A stretch of DNA of 64,000 nucleotides from Candidatus Bathyarchaeia archaeon. Lineage in GTDB: Archaea; Thermoproteota; Bathyarchaeia; Bathyarchaeales; Bathycorpusculaceae. The position numbers and the translations under genes were made by a program. The notes under the pieces are model-generated. The model was not told the DNA's origin, made no database searches, and worked only from the letters and a program-made list of their open reading frames with translations. Location: assembly GCA_038727135.1 (NCBI GenBank), contig JAVYWL010000002.1:7186-71185 (forward strand), read 5' to 3'. Of this stretch, positions 36,755-45,750 are shown piece by piece (within the stretch, counting starts at the first letter, position 1; every line of letters begins with the position of its first letter).

Positions 36755-37930
36755 TCACTTGTTTAACTTTTCTAGGGCTGTCCGCATTCTATTCATTGCT
36801 TCCTTTATTTTCTCCTTTGATGTCGCATAGGAAATTCTTATGTATCCTTCACCGTAATCGCCGAAGGCTGTTCCCGGCACTGTTATAACCTTTGCCTTCT
36901 CAAGAAGATACATTGCAATTTTCTCTGAGGGCATACCTGTTTCCTTTATGCTTGGGAAAACATAGAAGGCTCCCTCAGGTTTTAGACATGTAACTCCGGG
37001 CATACTGTTTAACTCTTTTGTTACGATTTCTCTTCTTTCGGCGTACTCCTTAAGCATTCTTTGCACGTGTTCCTTTGGACCGCGTAAAGCCGCAATGGCA
37101 GCCATCTGGGAAATGGAGCTTGGATGCACAAGGACGTGCTCTTGAAGTTCGAGCATAACCTCTGTAATCTCTTCTGGTGCCACGACAAAGCCTATGCGCC
37201 ATCCGGTCATGGCATAGGTTTTTGAGAATGTGAATATGCTTACTGTTCTCTCTTTCATTTCTGGAAGAGACGCGATGCTCACGTGGTTTACTCCATCATA
37301 TAAAATATTTTCATAAGCTTCATCGGAAATCACATAGAGGTCGTGTTCCAACACGATATCCGCTATGCTTTTCAGCTCCTTTTCCCTAAGCACAGCCCCT
37401 GTAGGATTGGACGGCGAATTAATAATGATAGCCTTCGTTTTCGGCGTTATCCTCTCCGCTATATCGTCGGCTTCTGCGTGGAAATTATTCTCCTCTTTGA
37501 GGGGATAATAAACCGGTTTGCCACCAGCAAGAACTGTTTGGGCAGCATAGTTTGGGAAGCCGGGATCTGGAATAAGCACCTCGTCGCCGGGGTCTATTAA
37601 AGCTAGCATCGCCAGAGATAAGCCTCCCATGGCTCCAGCTGTTGCCATAATTTCCTTCTCCGGGTCGGCTTCTATGCGGTTTTCTTTCCGCAGCTTTTCC
37701 GAAGCAACCTTCCTAAACTCTAGGAAACCAGCATTTACGGTGTAGTGGGTGTAGCCCTCCCTCATAGCCTTAAAAGCTGCCTCAATAATGTGCGGCGGCG
37801 TGTCAAAATCCGGCTCCCCTATTGATAAATTCACCAGGCCTTCATATTTTTGAGCCAAGTCAAACATTTTCCGGATTCCGGATTTTGGAATTTTCTTAGA
37901 ACGCTTTGAAAGTTTCAATTTTTTACTCAT
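36755..37930 (-). CDS. Class I/II PLP aminotransferase (aspartate aminotransferase-like)
   Basis: LSIGEPDFDTP, NPSNPTG, SFSKTYAMTGWRIG. 391 aa. Confidence 0.85.
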   Translation of the reverse strand: MSKKLKLSKRSKKIPKSGIRKMFDLAQKYEGLVNLSIGEPDFDTPPHIIEAAFKAMREGYTHYTVNAGFLEFRKVASEKLRKENRIEADPEKEIMATAGAMGGLSLAMLALIDPGDEVLIPDPGFPNYAAQTVLAGGKPVYYPLKEENNFHAEADDIAERITPKTKAIIINSPSNPTGAVLREKELKSIADIVLEHDLYVISDEAYENILYDGVNHVSIASLPEMKERTVSIFTFSKTYAMTGWRIGFVVAPEEITEVMLELQEHVLVHPSSISQMAAIAALRGPKEHVQRMLKEYAERREIVTKELNSMPGVTCLKPEGAFYVFPSIKETGMPSEKIAMYLLEKAKVITVPGTAFGDYGEGYIRISYATSKEKIKEAMNRMRTALEKLNK

Positions 37931-37955
37931 AAGGAACCCTACGCTTAACGAAAAT

Positions 37956-38612
37956 TTATTTCGAATATCCTAGAAGCCTTTTAACAACTTCGACTGCCTC
38001 TGTGGCGTCTGCTCCATAGCCGTCGGCGCCTATTTCTTCAGCCCATTCTCTGCTGGCTGGAGCCCCGCCTATGATTACTTTAACCTTGTCTCTTAGGCCT
38101 TCCCTCTTTAAAGCCTCAATGACTGTTCTTTGCTCTGGCAGGGTTGTGGTTAAGAGGGCTGACAGTCCAACGACGTCTGGCTTTAACTCTTTAATCTTCT
38201 CTACAAATTTTTCAGCTGGCACGTCCTCTCCAATGTCGTAAACTTCAAACCCGTTTGCTGTTAGCATAGAACCAACTATGGTTTTTCCTATGCTGTGGAT
38301 GTCTCCTGCAACAGTGCCTAAAAGCACTTTGCCAAGAGCCTTGCGCTCCTTCTTCGCCCGTCTTAGCTCTGGCTCCAAAACTTCTAAAGCTTTTTTCATA
38401 GTTTCTGCAGCCATTACCAGTTCTGGGAGAAACGCTTCTCCGTTGGCAAATTTTTCTCCAACCTCTCTTATTCCCCTAGCTAAGCCTTCCTCTATAGCCT
38501 TAAGAAGGTCAACCCCAAGCTTTACTGCCTCTTTAGCAGCGGAAACCGCCTCGTCAGCATTGTAGTTCAAAACTGAAAGCCTTAACCTTTCAATAATGTT
38601 TTCTGCGCTCAT
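37956..38612 (-). CDS. Corrinoid (cobalamin-binding) methyl-carrier protein 2
   Basis: GDIHSIGKT (DxHxxG), SALLTTT, GGAP. Roughly 60% identical by eye to carrier 1. Confidence 0.85.
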   Translation of the reverse strand: MSAENIIERLRLSVLNYNADEAVSAAKEAVKLGVDLLKAIEEGLARGIREVGEKFANGEAFLPELVMAAETMKKALEVLEPELRRAKKERKALGKVLLGTVAGDIHSIGKTIVGSMLTANGFEVYDIGEDVPAEKFVEKIKELKPDVVGLSALLTTTLPEQRTVIEALKREGLRDKVKVIIGGAPASREWAEEIGADGYGADATEAVEVVKRLLGYSK

Positions 38613-38613
38613 T

Positions 38614-40035
38614 TTAAGCTCCTCCCCTTCTCTTAATAATGCTTATAATTTTAGCTTTTACATCCTTTGAGAGCGGAAGAACTTGATGCTCTTTTAATAT
38701 TTTCTCGGCTTCTTCCTTAGCTTTAACCCATAAATCCCTAGCCCCCGATTTGACCCAAATGTCTGGAAAAGTCCTATCAGTTATTTTCGGTATCCAAATC
38801 TCCCTTCTGAAGTGTTCAAGGGTGTGGCGCTCTTTTATGAAGCTGCCTTTGGGTCCAACATTCTTGATAACGTCAAATGCTAGGGTTTCATCTGTGATTT
38901 CGAAGCCGCCTACAAGTTTCTTTATCATACTGACAATCTCATTGTCTATGATGAGCCCTTCCAGGCTCATGGTGTTTTCTGAGGCGATTAAACCCATTCC
39001 GCATATTAGGTTAAGACCAGCAAGGGCTGGAAGTACACCTGTTAAAGCCTTTTCATATCCCATCTGAGCGTCCAGAGATTTGGAGTCTGTTAAAACACCG
39101 CCGCCAGCGCTTGGAATACCGTAATAATGCGCCATGTTGGCAACGCATGAGTGTAGCAGGGCAAATTCTGGTCCTCCAAGCACGGCTGAAGCTTGTCTCA
39201 CATCCATGGCCCTTGCCCAACTCCCAATGACGAGCGGAGCGTTCTTGTTAACCACATAACGAATCACTAAGGCACTTATGAACTCAGCCATGTTTAGGGC
39301 TAGAGTTCCAGCCAAAGTCACTGGACTTGTCGCCCCAGCCATGGGACCAGAGTTCACAAAAACCGGGATGCCAAGTTTGCAAGCTTCAACAAAAGCTTCA
39401 AGGGTAGCCCTATCATAAGTAAGTGGACTCGTTATAGATATCAGCAAAAGCATTATCGGTTTTTTCCTCAACTCCTCAACTCCGCCAACAATAGTTGAAG
39501 CCATTTCAATGGCGTCTTGGGCGCCTTCCTTCCGCATAGCCTCATTAATTATTGGTTTACTTGTGTTTTCGAAGGCTGTTGCCCACATGTACCTATCCAC
39601 AATCTCATGGGGCACATCCATTGGAGAGCCCATACACATGTAAAACTCAACATTATCTAAGGCGTCGGCAATTCTCGTTGCATTCGCCAAGTCTTGAACT
39701 GTAACCCTCCTATAAGTTCTTGACGCGGCATCATAGAAGTTAGTTGCAAAACCCACGGTGCCGAAACGGGTTTCATCCCCGCCCAGAGTCCTCCTCGTTT
39801 TCAAGTCTCTATGGTAAACGCTAAATCTATGGGGTGTCTTCTGCAGAGCGTCCTCAGCAAGATAATGTGGAATAAACGCTCGCTGACTTTTATGATCAAC
39901 CTCAGCGCCCGCCTCCTCAAGCTTTTGAAGAACTTCTTCATAGGGAATTATAACGCCGACCTCTTGAAGGATATCCAAACTTGTCAGATGCACAGCGTAC
40001 CTTTGTCTCTTGGAAAGTAAATTAGGGTAGTACAT
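38614..40035 (-). CDS. MttB-superfamily methyltransferase, non-pyrrolysine (paralog 3)
   Basis: 473 aa, uninterrupted. FIPHYLAEDAL, GPKGSFIKERHT. 1-nt spacing to corrinoid gene 2. Confidence 0.85.
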   Translation of the reverse strand: MYYPNLLSKRQRYAVHLTSLDILQEVGVIIPYEEVLQKLEEAGAEVDHKSQRAFIPHYLAEDALQKTPHRFSVYHRDLKTRRTLGGDETRFGTVGFATNFYDAASRTYRRVTVQDLANATRIADALDNVEFYMCMGSPMDVPHEIVDRYMWATAFENTSKPIINEAMRKEGAQDAIEMASTIVGGVEELRKKPIMLLLISITSPLTYDRATLEAFVEACKLGIPVFVNSGPMAGATSPVTLAGTLALNMAEFISALVIRYVVNKNAPLVIGSWARAMDVRQASAVLGGPEFALLHSCVANMAHYYGIPSAGGGVLTDSKSLDAQMGYEKALTGVLPALAGLNLICGMGLIASENTMSLEGLIIDNEIVSMIKKLVGGFEITDETLAFDVIKNVGPKGSFIKERHTLEHFRREIWIPKITDRTFPDIWVKSGARDLWVKAKEEAEKILKEHQVLPLSKDVKAKIISIIKRRGGA

Positions 40036-40144
40036 GGTTTTTTACCTTTTAAATAATATGAGCTTAAAGGTTGTCCTAATAAAATTTATTCTCAATGTAC
40101 GAAAAATTTTTAGGAAGCATTTTCAGCTTTTTTAATGAAGTGTC

Positions 40145-41011
40145 ATGAAAGTCAATCTACTCCGTAAATATAATTATTTATTTTTATATTTGCCAGCTCT
40201 GGTCCTTTTTTTTGTATTTTTCCTAACGCCTTTTGTTCTTATGATCAGAATAAGTTTTTTCATAGGGAAACCATTACATTGTTATATAGAAGGTTTTACG
40301 ATTGAAAATTATTTGCGATTTTTAAGAGACTCCTATGTTCACGAACGGTTAATGTTCACACTTCAGTTATCAGCACCAGTAATTTTCCTAACTCTTGCTC
40401 TTGCCTATATTATGGCATATGCAATATCTCGTTCTTCCGGGATTAAGCGGTTGGTACTTATTTGTATTACTATTTTTCCAATTTGGATAAATTTAGTTGT
40501 TCTAGCTTTTGGCTGGCAAGTCGTATTCGCAAGATACGGTCTCATAAACTACTTTCTAATGAATATCGGTCTTATAGATAAACCCACACCACTTGGATAT
40601 AACTTCATTTCTGTTGTGATAGGACTAGTCTACGTATGTTTACCTTATACTATTTTAACTTTGTTAAGTGTGCTTGACAATATCGATCCAACATTAGAAG
40701 AAGCGGCGAAAGATCTTGGAGCCTCAAAATTCAAAATCTTTGTCGAAGTAACGTTGCCTCTGTCAATGCCCGGAATAATTACAGGAGCAGCTTTTTGTTT
40801 CGTATGGGCTATGAGTTCTTTTGTTATTCCCTCATTTCTCGGTTCTCCTATGCAAAAAACAATCGGCATGGAAATAGCTAACCAGGTGTTAACGGCGTTA
40901 AACTGGCCTTATGGTTCTGTGTTAAGCATCGTATTATTATGTATAACTAGTTTGACATTACTTACTTCAAACACATTAAGGGAGAGGGCCACAAGATGGG
41001 CAAAACAATAA
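40145..41011 (+). CDS. ABC transporter permease (PotB-like)
   Basis: 6 TM. EAAKDLGASKFKIFVEVTLPLSMPGI (EAA loop). Confidence 0.8.
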   Translation: MKVNLLRKYNYLFLYLPALVLFFVFFLTPFVLMIRISFFIGKPLHCYIEGFTIENYLRFLRDSYVHERLMFTLQLSAPVIFLTLALAYIMAYAISRSSGIKRLVLICITIFPIWINLVVLAFGWQVVFARYGLINYFLMNIGLIDKPTPLGYNFISVVIGLVYVCLPYTILTLLSVLDNIDPTLEEAAKDLGASKFKIFVEVTLPLSMPGIITGAAFCFVWAMSSFVIPSFLGSPMQKTIGMEIANQVLTALNWPYGSVLSIVLLCITSLTLLTSNTLRERATRWAKQ

Positions 41012-41805
41012 TTAAATCAAGTAATTTTTTAAACCTTGCCTGTGCCTTAATATCAGCCTTTATGATAACTCCAGTAGCCTTAATTTTTATAACATCTCTT
41101 GATCCAGCTAAGTACATACGGTTTCCTCCATCGGGGTTTTCGCTGTTATGGTATGAGTATTTTTTTTCGAACAAAATGTGGCAAGATGCTCTCCTTAATA
41201 GTATTTATGTAGCAGTTTTAAACACCGTTATCTCTGTTCCATGTGGAATTATGGCAGCCTACGCGTACAGAAAATATCCTTTTACCAAGTTGAAAAATAT
41301 ATTTAATACAATTATGATAATTCCATATGTAACTCCAAGTTTGTTAATTGGAATTGCACTTTTGATGGCCTTCGGTCAAACAATCCTTAGAGGAACCTAT
41401 TTTATGGTCGCAATTGCCCATGCATTATGGTCAACATCCTTTGTTTATATTCTTATGCAAGCTGCTTTAGCAAACTATGACTTTACATATGAAGAAGCAG
41501 CGAAAGATCTTGGAGCTAATCTGGTTCAAGTATTTTCCGAAGTTACATTACCTCTTTTAAAGAGTGCCCTCATAGCGGCAATTCTCTTTGCCTTTATTTC
41601 ATCATTTGGTGAAGTAACTATGGCTATTTTTTTGGTAACAAACAAAACAATCACCCTACCAGTTCTTTTATGGACATCACTAAAATATGAATTACATCCA
41701 GTAGCAACTGTTGCTTCAGTGATCTGCATCATTTTCGCAATTGTTATATTTGTATTAATTACTAAATTTTTTGGAACTGGAATATTAACTAAAATCGGGA
41801 TGTAA
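40996..41805 (+). CDS. ABC transporter permease (PotC-like)
   Basis: EAAKDLGANLVQVFSEVTLPLLKSAL. 6 TM. Confidence 0.8.
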   Translation: MGKTIIKSSNFLNLACALISAFMITPVALIFITSLDPAKYIRFPPSGFSLLWYEYFFSNKMWQDALLNSIYVAVLNTVISVPCGIMAAYAYRKYPFTKLKNIFNTIMIIPYVTPSLLIGIALLMAFGQTILRGTYFMVAIAHALWSTSFVYILMQAALANYDFTYEEAAKDLGANLVQVFSEVTLPLLKSALIAAILFAFISSFGEVTMAIFLVTNKTITLPVLLWTSLKYELHPVATVASVICIIFAIVIFVLITKFFGTGILTKIGM

Positions 41806-41807
41806 AA

Positions 41808-42887
41808 ATGGAGATAGCAGTTGAGACAAGAAATATAACTAAAAGATTCGAAAAAGGTAAGGTTGTAGCTCTCGACAATGTCTCTATTTACGTTAAAAAA
41901 GGTGAAATTTTTACTTTACTAGGTCCCTCTGGGAGTGGAAAATCTACTCTCTTAAGGATTATTGATGGATTGGAACAGCCCGATAGTGGTGATGTTTTTA
42001 TAGATGGCAAATGCGTCACCTATGTTCCTGCACATAAACGAGACGTATGCATGGTTTTCCAAAGACTTGCACTTTTTCCTCACAAAAACGTATTTGAAAA
42101 CGTAGCTTTTGGTTTGAAAATGCGTAAATTTGATAAGAATGAAATAAAGAAAAGGGTTGAGGAAACTCTTTGGAAAGTTGAACTTGACCCAGAAATTTAC
42201 ACCTCGCGCTTTCCGCATCAGTTAAGTGGAGGAGAAATGCAACGCGTTGCGTTGGCAAGAGCAATAGTTTTACGTCCAGCTGTAATACTTTTTGATGAGC
42301 CTTTATCCAGCCTTGATAGACGTTTGCGCGATAAAATGCGTGTAGAATTAAAACAGTTATTAAAAAAGTTCAATATAACAGCTATTTATGTGACCCATGA
42401 TCAGGAGGAAGCTTTCGTTATTTCCGATAGAATGGCTGTAATAAATAAGGGTAAAATCGTTCAAGAGGGAACTCCACTGGAGCTTTATGAGAAACCGCAA
42501 TCAGCCTTTGTTGCAAATTTCCTAGGTGATACTAACATTTATAAAGGAGTTATAAAGCAAATAAAAGGCAACTTAGTGATTATAGAACTTCAAGGAGGAA
42601 CATGTATAACTGCCAAATATGCGGATGCCCCGTCTATTTCAAGAGATGTTTTGGTATCTTTAAAAGCTGAGAAAATTGTTTTGTCTGATCGGCCTTTATT
42701 CGAAAACCATTTAGAAGCTGTAATAAGGGATGTTATATTCATGGGTGAAAAAATCATGTATATAGTTGAGGTGAGTAAAGAGTTAACGCTAAAAGCATTT
42801 GAAAAAAATTTTGGTAAGATTTGGCGTAAAGGAGGCAAGGTGCTAGTAAATTGGCTTCCAGACGACGTAGCACTTATCCCAGGGTAA
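41808..42887 (+). CDS. ABC transporter ATP-binding protein (PotA/CysA-like with C-terminal TOBE-type domain)
   Basis: Walker A GPSGSGKST, signature LSGGEMQRVALARA, Walker B ILFDEPLS. Confidence 0.9.
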   Translation: MEIAVETRNITKRFEKGKVVALDNVSIYVKKGEIFTLLGPSGSGKSTLLRIIDGLEQPDSGDVFIDGKCVTYVPAHKRDVCMVFQRLALFPHKNVFENVAFGLKMRKFDKNEIKKRVEETLWKVELDPEIYTSRFPHQLSGGEMQRVALARAIVLRPAVILFDEPLSSLDRRLRDKMRVELKQLLKKFNITAIYVTHDQEEAFVISDRMAVINKGKIVQEGTPLELYEKPQSAFVANFLGDTNIYKGVIKQIKGNLVIIELQGGTCITAKYADAPSISRDVLVSLKAEKIVLSDRPLFENHLEAVIRDVIFMGEKIMYIVEVSKELTLKAFEKNFGKIWRKGGKVLVNWLPDDVALIPG

Positions 42888-43142
42888 TTTCTGTTTTAAG
42901 CTTAAAGTTTCAGCAAAATATCTCACTTTCTTATGTATAACAATTAAATGTTTCATTTATATAATTCTTCAACGCTAAAGCTACGATATCACCTCAAATT
43001 CAAACATTTGAATTTTATTAAGCTTAAATTGTTTAGCGACGCTATTAAGTAAAGCTTTATATTACTTATCTCATTTTAACAGTGGACTAAAGCTGTAGGA
43101 GATTCTATACAAGTTTTTATGTTGATTTTCACAATTTGTTTT

Positions 43143-44168
43143 TTATTCCAATTTTAGTTTTGGATAGTACCCTAAAACTTCTTGGTTAACTACATGTTTA
43201 GGTTTGATACATTTGTAAAACCTTATTATTTCTTCACATGCCATTTTTCGAACATTTATGATTGATTCCTCGCTGTACCATGCTATATGAGGTGTGATGA
43301 TGACGTTTTTAAGCTTCAAGAACGGACTATTTTTATCAAGAGGTTCTTTTTCAAAAACATCTAAGGCAGCTGCATAAATGGTGTTGTTTTGCAACGCTTC
43401 ATATAAAGCTTCTTGATCCACTATCGCTCCGCGGGATACATTTATCAACATTGCCGTTTTTTTCATTAAGTTAATTCTTTTTTTGTCTATTAAATGATAG
43501 GTCTCTTTCGTGAGTGGGCAATGGATTGAGATTATATCAGAAGCTTTTAATAGGTTGTCTAAATCAGCTTGCATAACTCCAGAATCTTTGAAGATTACAT
43601 CTGGCAAATATGGATCATAAACAAGAATCCTTAAACCAAGGGACTTAAGTTTTTTGGCTACTTCCATTCCAATTCTTCCAAATCCAATGATTCCAGCCGT
43701 CTTCCCGCTTAGTCTATAAATCGGACTGAAACGTTTCCAGTCCGTCCTAAAATTCGCCTTTCCTTTTTTTGTATAATAGTCGATCCATGGAATTTTTCTA
43801 GCTAAAGCAAAAATTAAACTTAAAGTATGCTCAGTTACTTCAACTGTGCAATAGTCTGGGATATTGCATACTATTATCCTCTTTTTTGTTGCTGTTTTTA
43901 AATCAATATTGTCATATCCAACAGCCAAGCGGACGATTAAGCGTAAATTTTTCAGAGATGATAATATTTTTTTATTTAAAGGTAGCAGGTTGCTGATAAT
44001 TACATCCGCATCCCTTGCAACATTCAAAATCTCACTATCGTTTTTACACCTAAAAGATTTTATTTCCGCGTTTATTTCTTTTAAGGCTTCTTTCTCAAGG
44101 GAGACGTCATCAAATGGATTATCCACCATTACAACTCTAATTCTATCTACATTCATTGTATCAATCAT
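43143..44168 (-). CDS. D-isomer-specific 2-hydroxyacid dehydrogenase family protein
   Basis: NAD fold GIIGFGRIGMEVAKK; VSRGAIVD; ITPHIAWYS. Confidence 0.8.
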   Translation of the reverse strand: MIDTMNVDRIRVVMVDNPFDDVSLEKEALKEINAEIKSFRCKNDSEILNVARDADVIISNLLPLNKKILSSLKNLRLIVRLAVGYDNIDLKTATKKRIIVCNIPDYCTVEVTEHTLSLIFALARKIPWIDYYTKKGKANFRTDWKRFSPIYRLSGKTAGIIGFGRIGMEVAKKLKSLGLRILVYDPYLPDVIFKDSGVMQADLDNLLKASDIISIHCPLTKETYHLIDKKRINLMKKTAMLINVSRGAIVDQEALYEALQNNTIYAAALDVFEKEPLDKNSPFLKLKNVIITPHIAWYSEESIINVRKMACEEIIRFYKCIKPKHVVNQEVLGYYPKLKLE

Positions 44169-44431
44169 CTAGTTCGTTAAGTGCAACAAAAATATAATTT
44201 TTGCTGACCGATTCTCGCGTACGTAATCGTGTTTTAACTTGGTGGTTACCTTTTCTTATTCGCAAATCTTTAAGGACAGGTTTCCTAACCTATAACCGTA
44301 AGCTACAATCTTGTTTTCCGGATTTTAGACTAAAGGTCACTTGTAATGTTTACATTTTAATCTTACATAGAGGCTCAATTCAGTAAAATTTATATCTTCT
44401 TAAAAAAACATAACCAAAGAATGGTGATACA

Positions 44432-45556
44432 ATGAAATTGGTATTTAAGTATGTGTCGGTCTTTATTTTGGGGATTATAATCGGGGCAGCATCGATATAC
44501 CTTATCTACCAGCCTCAAATGGTCAAAACCACCGAGTATAAAGTTGTCAGTGAGTTTGAATACTTACGACAGAAGTTTCAAGGAATGACTTTAAGGGTTA
44601 CTGCTTGGAGCGGACCGTATGCGGAAAACTTTAGGTGGGCAATTGTTGAACCCTTTGAAGATTTAACCGGCGTAAATATTGAATTAGTTATTGGTTGGGC
44701 GGAATTTATACCTATGTTACAAGCGGCTCCTCCGGACCAGCCACCATTCGACGTTTTTAATCTCGATGATTATAATTTTATTGCTGCAAAAAACCTGGAT
44801 AAGCTTTTACCATTGAATTTATCAAGGATTCCTAATGCCCAATATGTATACTCATGTTTAAAACAAAAGAGAGAAGAGTGGAAATCAGGACTCGCCATAC
44901 CATTTGATGGAGGCTTGTATACCATAATTGTGAACAGGGAGGTTGTGCCATTTGAAATCACTTCCTGGGCGGATTTAAAGCGCCCAGAACTTAGAGGCTT
45001 AATTGCAATGGATCGAACTTGGTATTATGGGCTCTATGTAGGTGCGTTAATGTTAGGTCATAAGTACTTAAATGATACAAACGTAGATGCAGCGTTTGCA
45101 GAAATTGCTAGTTTAAAAGATAGCGTTCACGTGTGGTACACTTCAGGAGCAGAAGCCCTTCAACTCTTAGAATCAAAGGAGGTGGGTGTAGCGATTTATT
45201 ACACTGGGGGTGCTTATGACGCCATCAAAAGAGGGGAACCGTTAGAAATAGTCATTCCTAGGGAAGGAGCAATAGCCTGGCTTGGATCCCTAAGTATAGT
45301 GCGTGGGGTGTCACCGGAAATTCGGGAACTTGCAGAAGCGTTTATTAACTTCGCGCTAAGTCCCGTTAGTCAATCGAGACATGTCACAAAATCCGGTAAT
45401 TTTGTGTGCGGGGAGTACGCAAAGGTTCCGAAAGACCAATACTTTAATCCTGCAAGCAACGAAGAAATGGATAAAATGGTGTTCTTTGACTGGGAGTGGC
45501 TCGAGCAACACTGGACAGAACTAGAAAATCGATGGAATACAGAAATTTTAGGCTAA
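44432..45556 (+). CDS. ABC transporter substrate-binding protein (PotD/PotF-like), membrane-anchored
   Basis: N-terminal TM anchor followed by a family-1 SBP-like sequence. Separated from potBCA by the dehydrogenase gene. Confidence 0.7.
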   Translation: MKLVFKYVSVFILGIIIGAASIYLIYQPQMVKTTEYKVVSEFEYLRQKFQGMTLRVTAWSGPYAENFRWAIVEPFEDLTGVNIELVIGWAEFIPMLQAAPPDQPPFDVFNLDDYNFIAAKNLDKLLPLNLSRIPNAQYVYSCLKQKREEWKSGLAIPFDGGLYTIIVNREVVPFEITSWADLKRPELRGLIAMDRTWYYGLYVGALMLGHKYLNDTNVDAAFAEIASLKDSVHVWYTSGAEALQLLESKEVGVAIYYTGGAYDAIKRGEPLEIVIPREGAIAWLGSLSIVRGVSPEIRELAEAFINFALSPVSQSRHVTKSGNFVCGEYAKVPKDQYFNPASNEEMDKMVFFDWEWLEQHWTELENRWNTEILG

Positions 45557-45750
45557 GCTCATTCCTCTTTTCTTTTCCATTTTTAAATTCTTAAAGAAAA
45601 TCAATTCAAAAACGGAGCGACCATACTTATCGAGTTTAAAATGCGTAAACTGTGAAAAATACTTCAGTCAAAATTTTTCAATAATAAAGAAAGAATTTTG
45701 AAGAAAAGATTTTAAAGGCTGCATAGTAAAACGACTCAGCGTGGTATATT

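Noticed and set aside
42894-43037. Direct repeat AAGCTTAAA(G/T)T...AGC (about 42898 and 43019) and palindrome AAATTCAAACATTTGAATTT (42996-43015) between the convergent potA-like and dehydrogenase genes
   Set aside because: These are short matches in a very AT-rich spacer, where such matches are expected by chance. No coding or structural context supports a mobile-element end, though a terminator-related role is possible.
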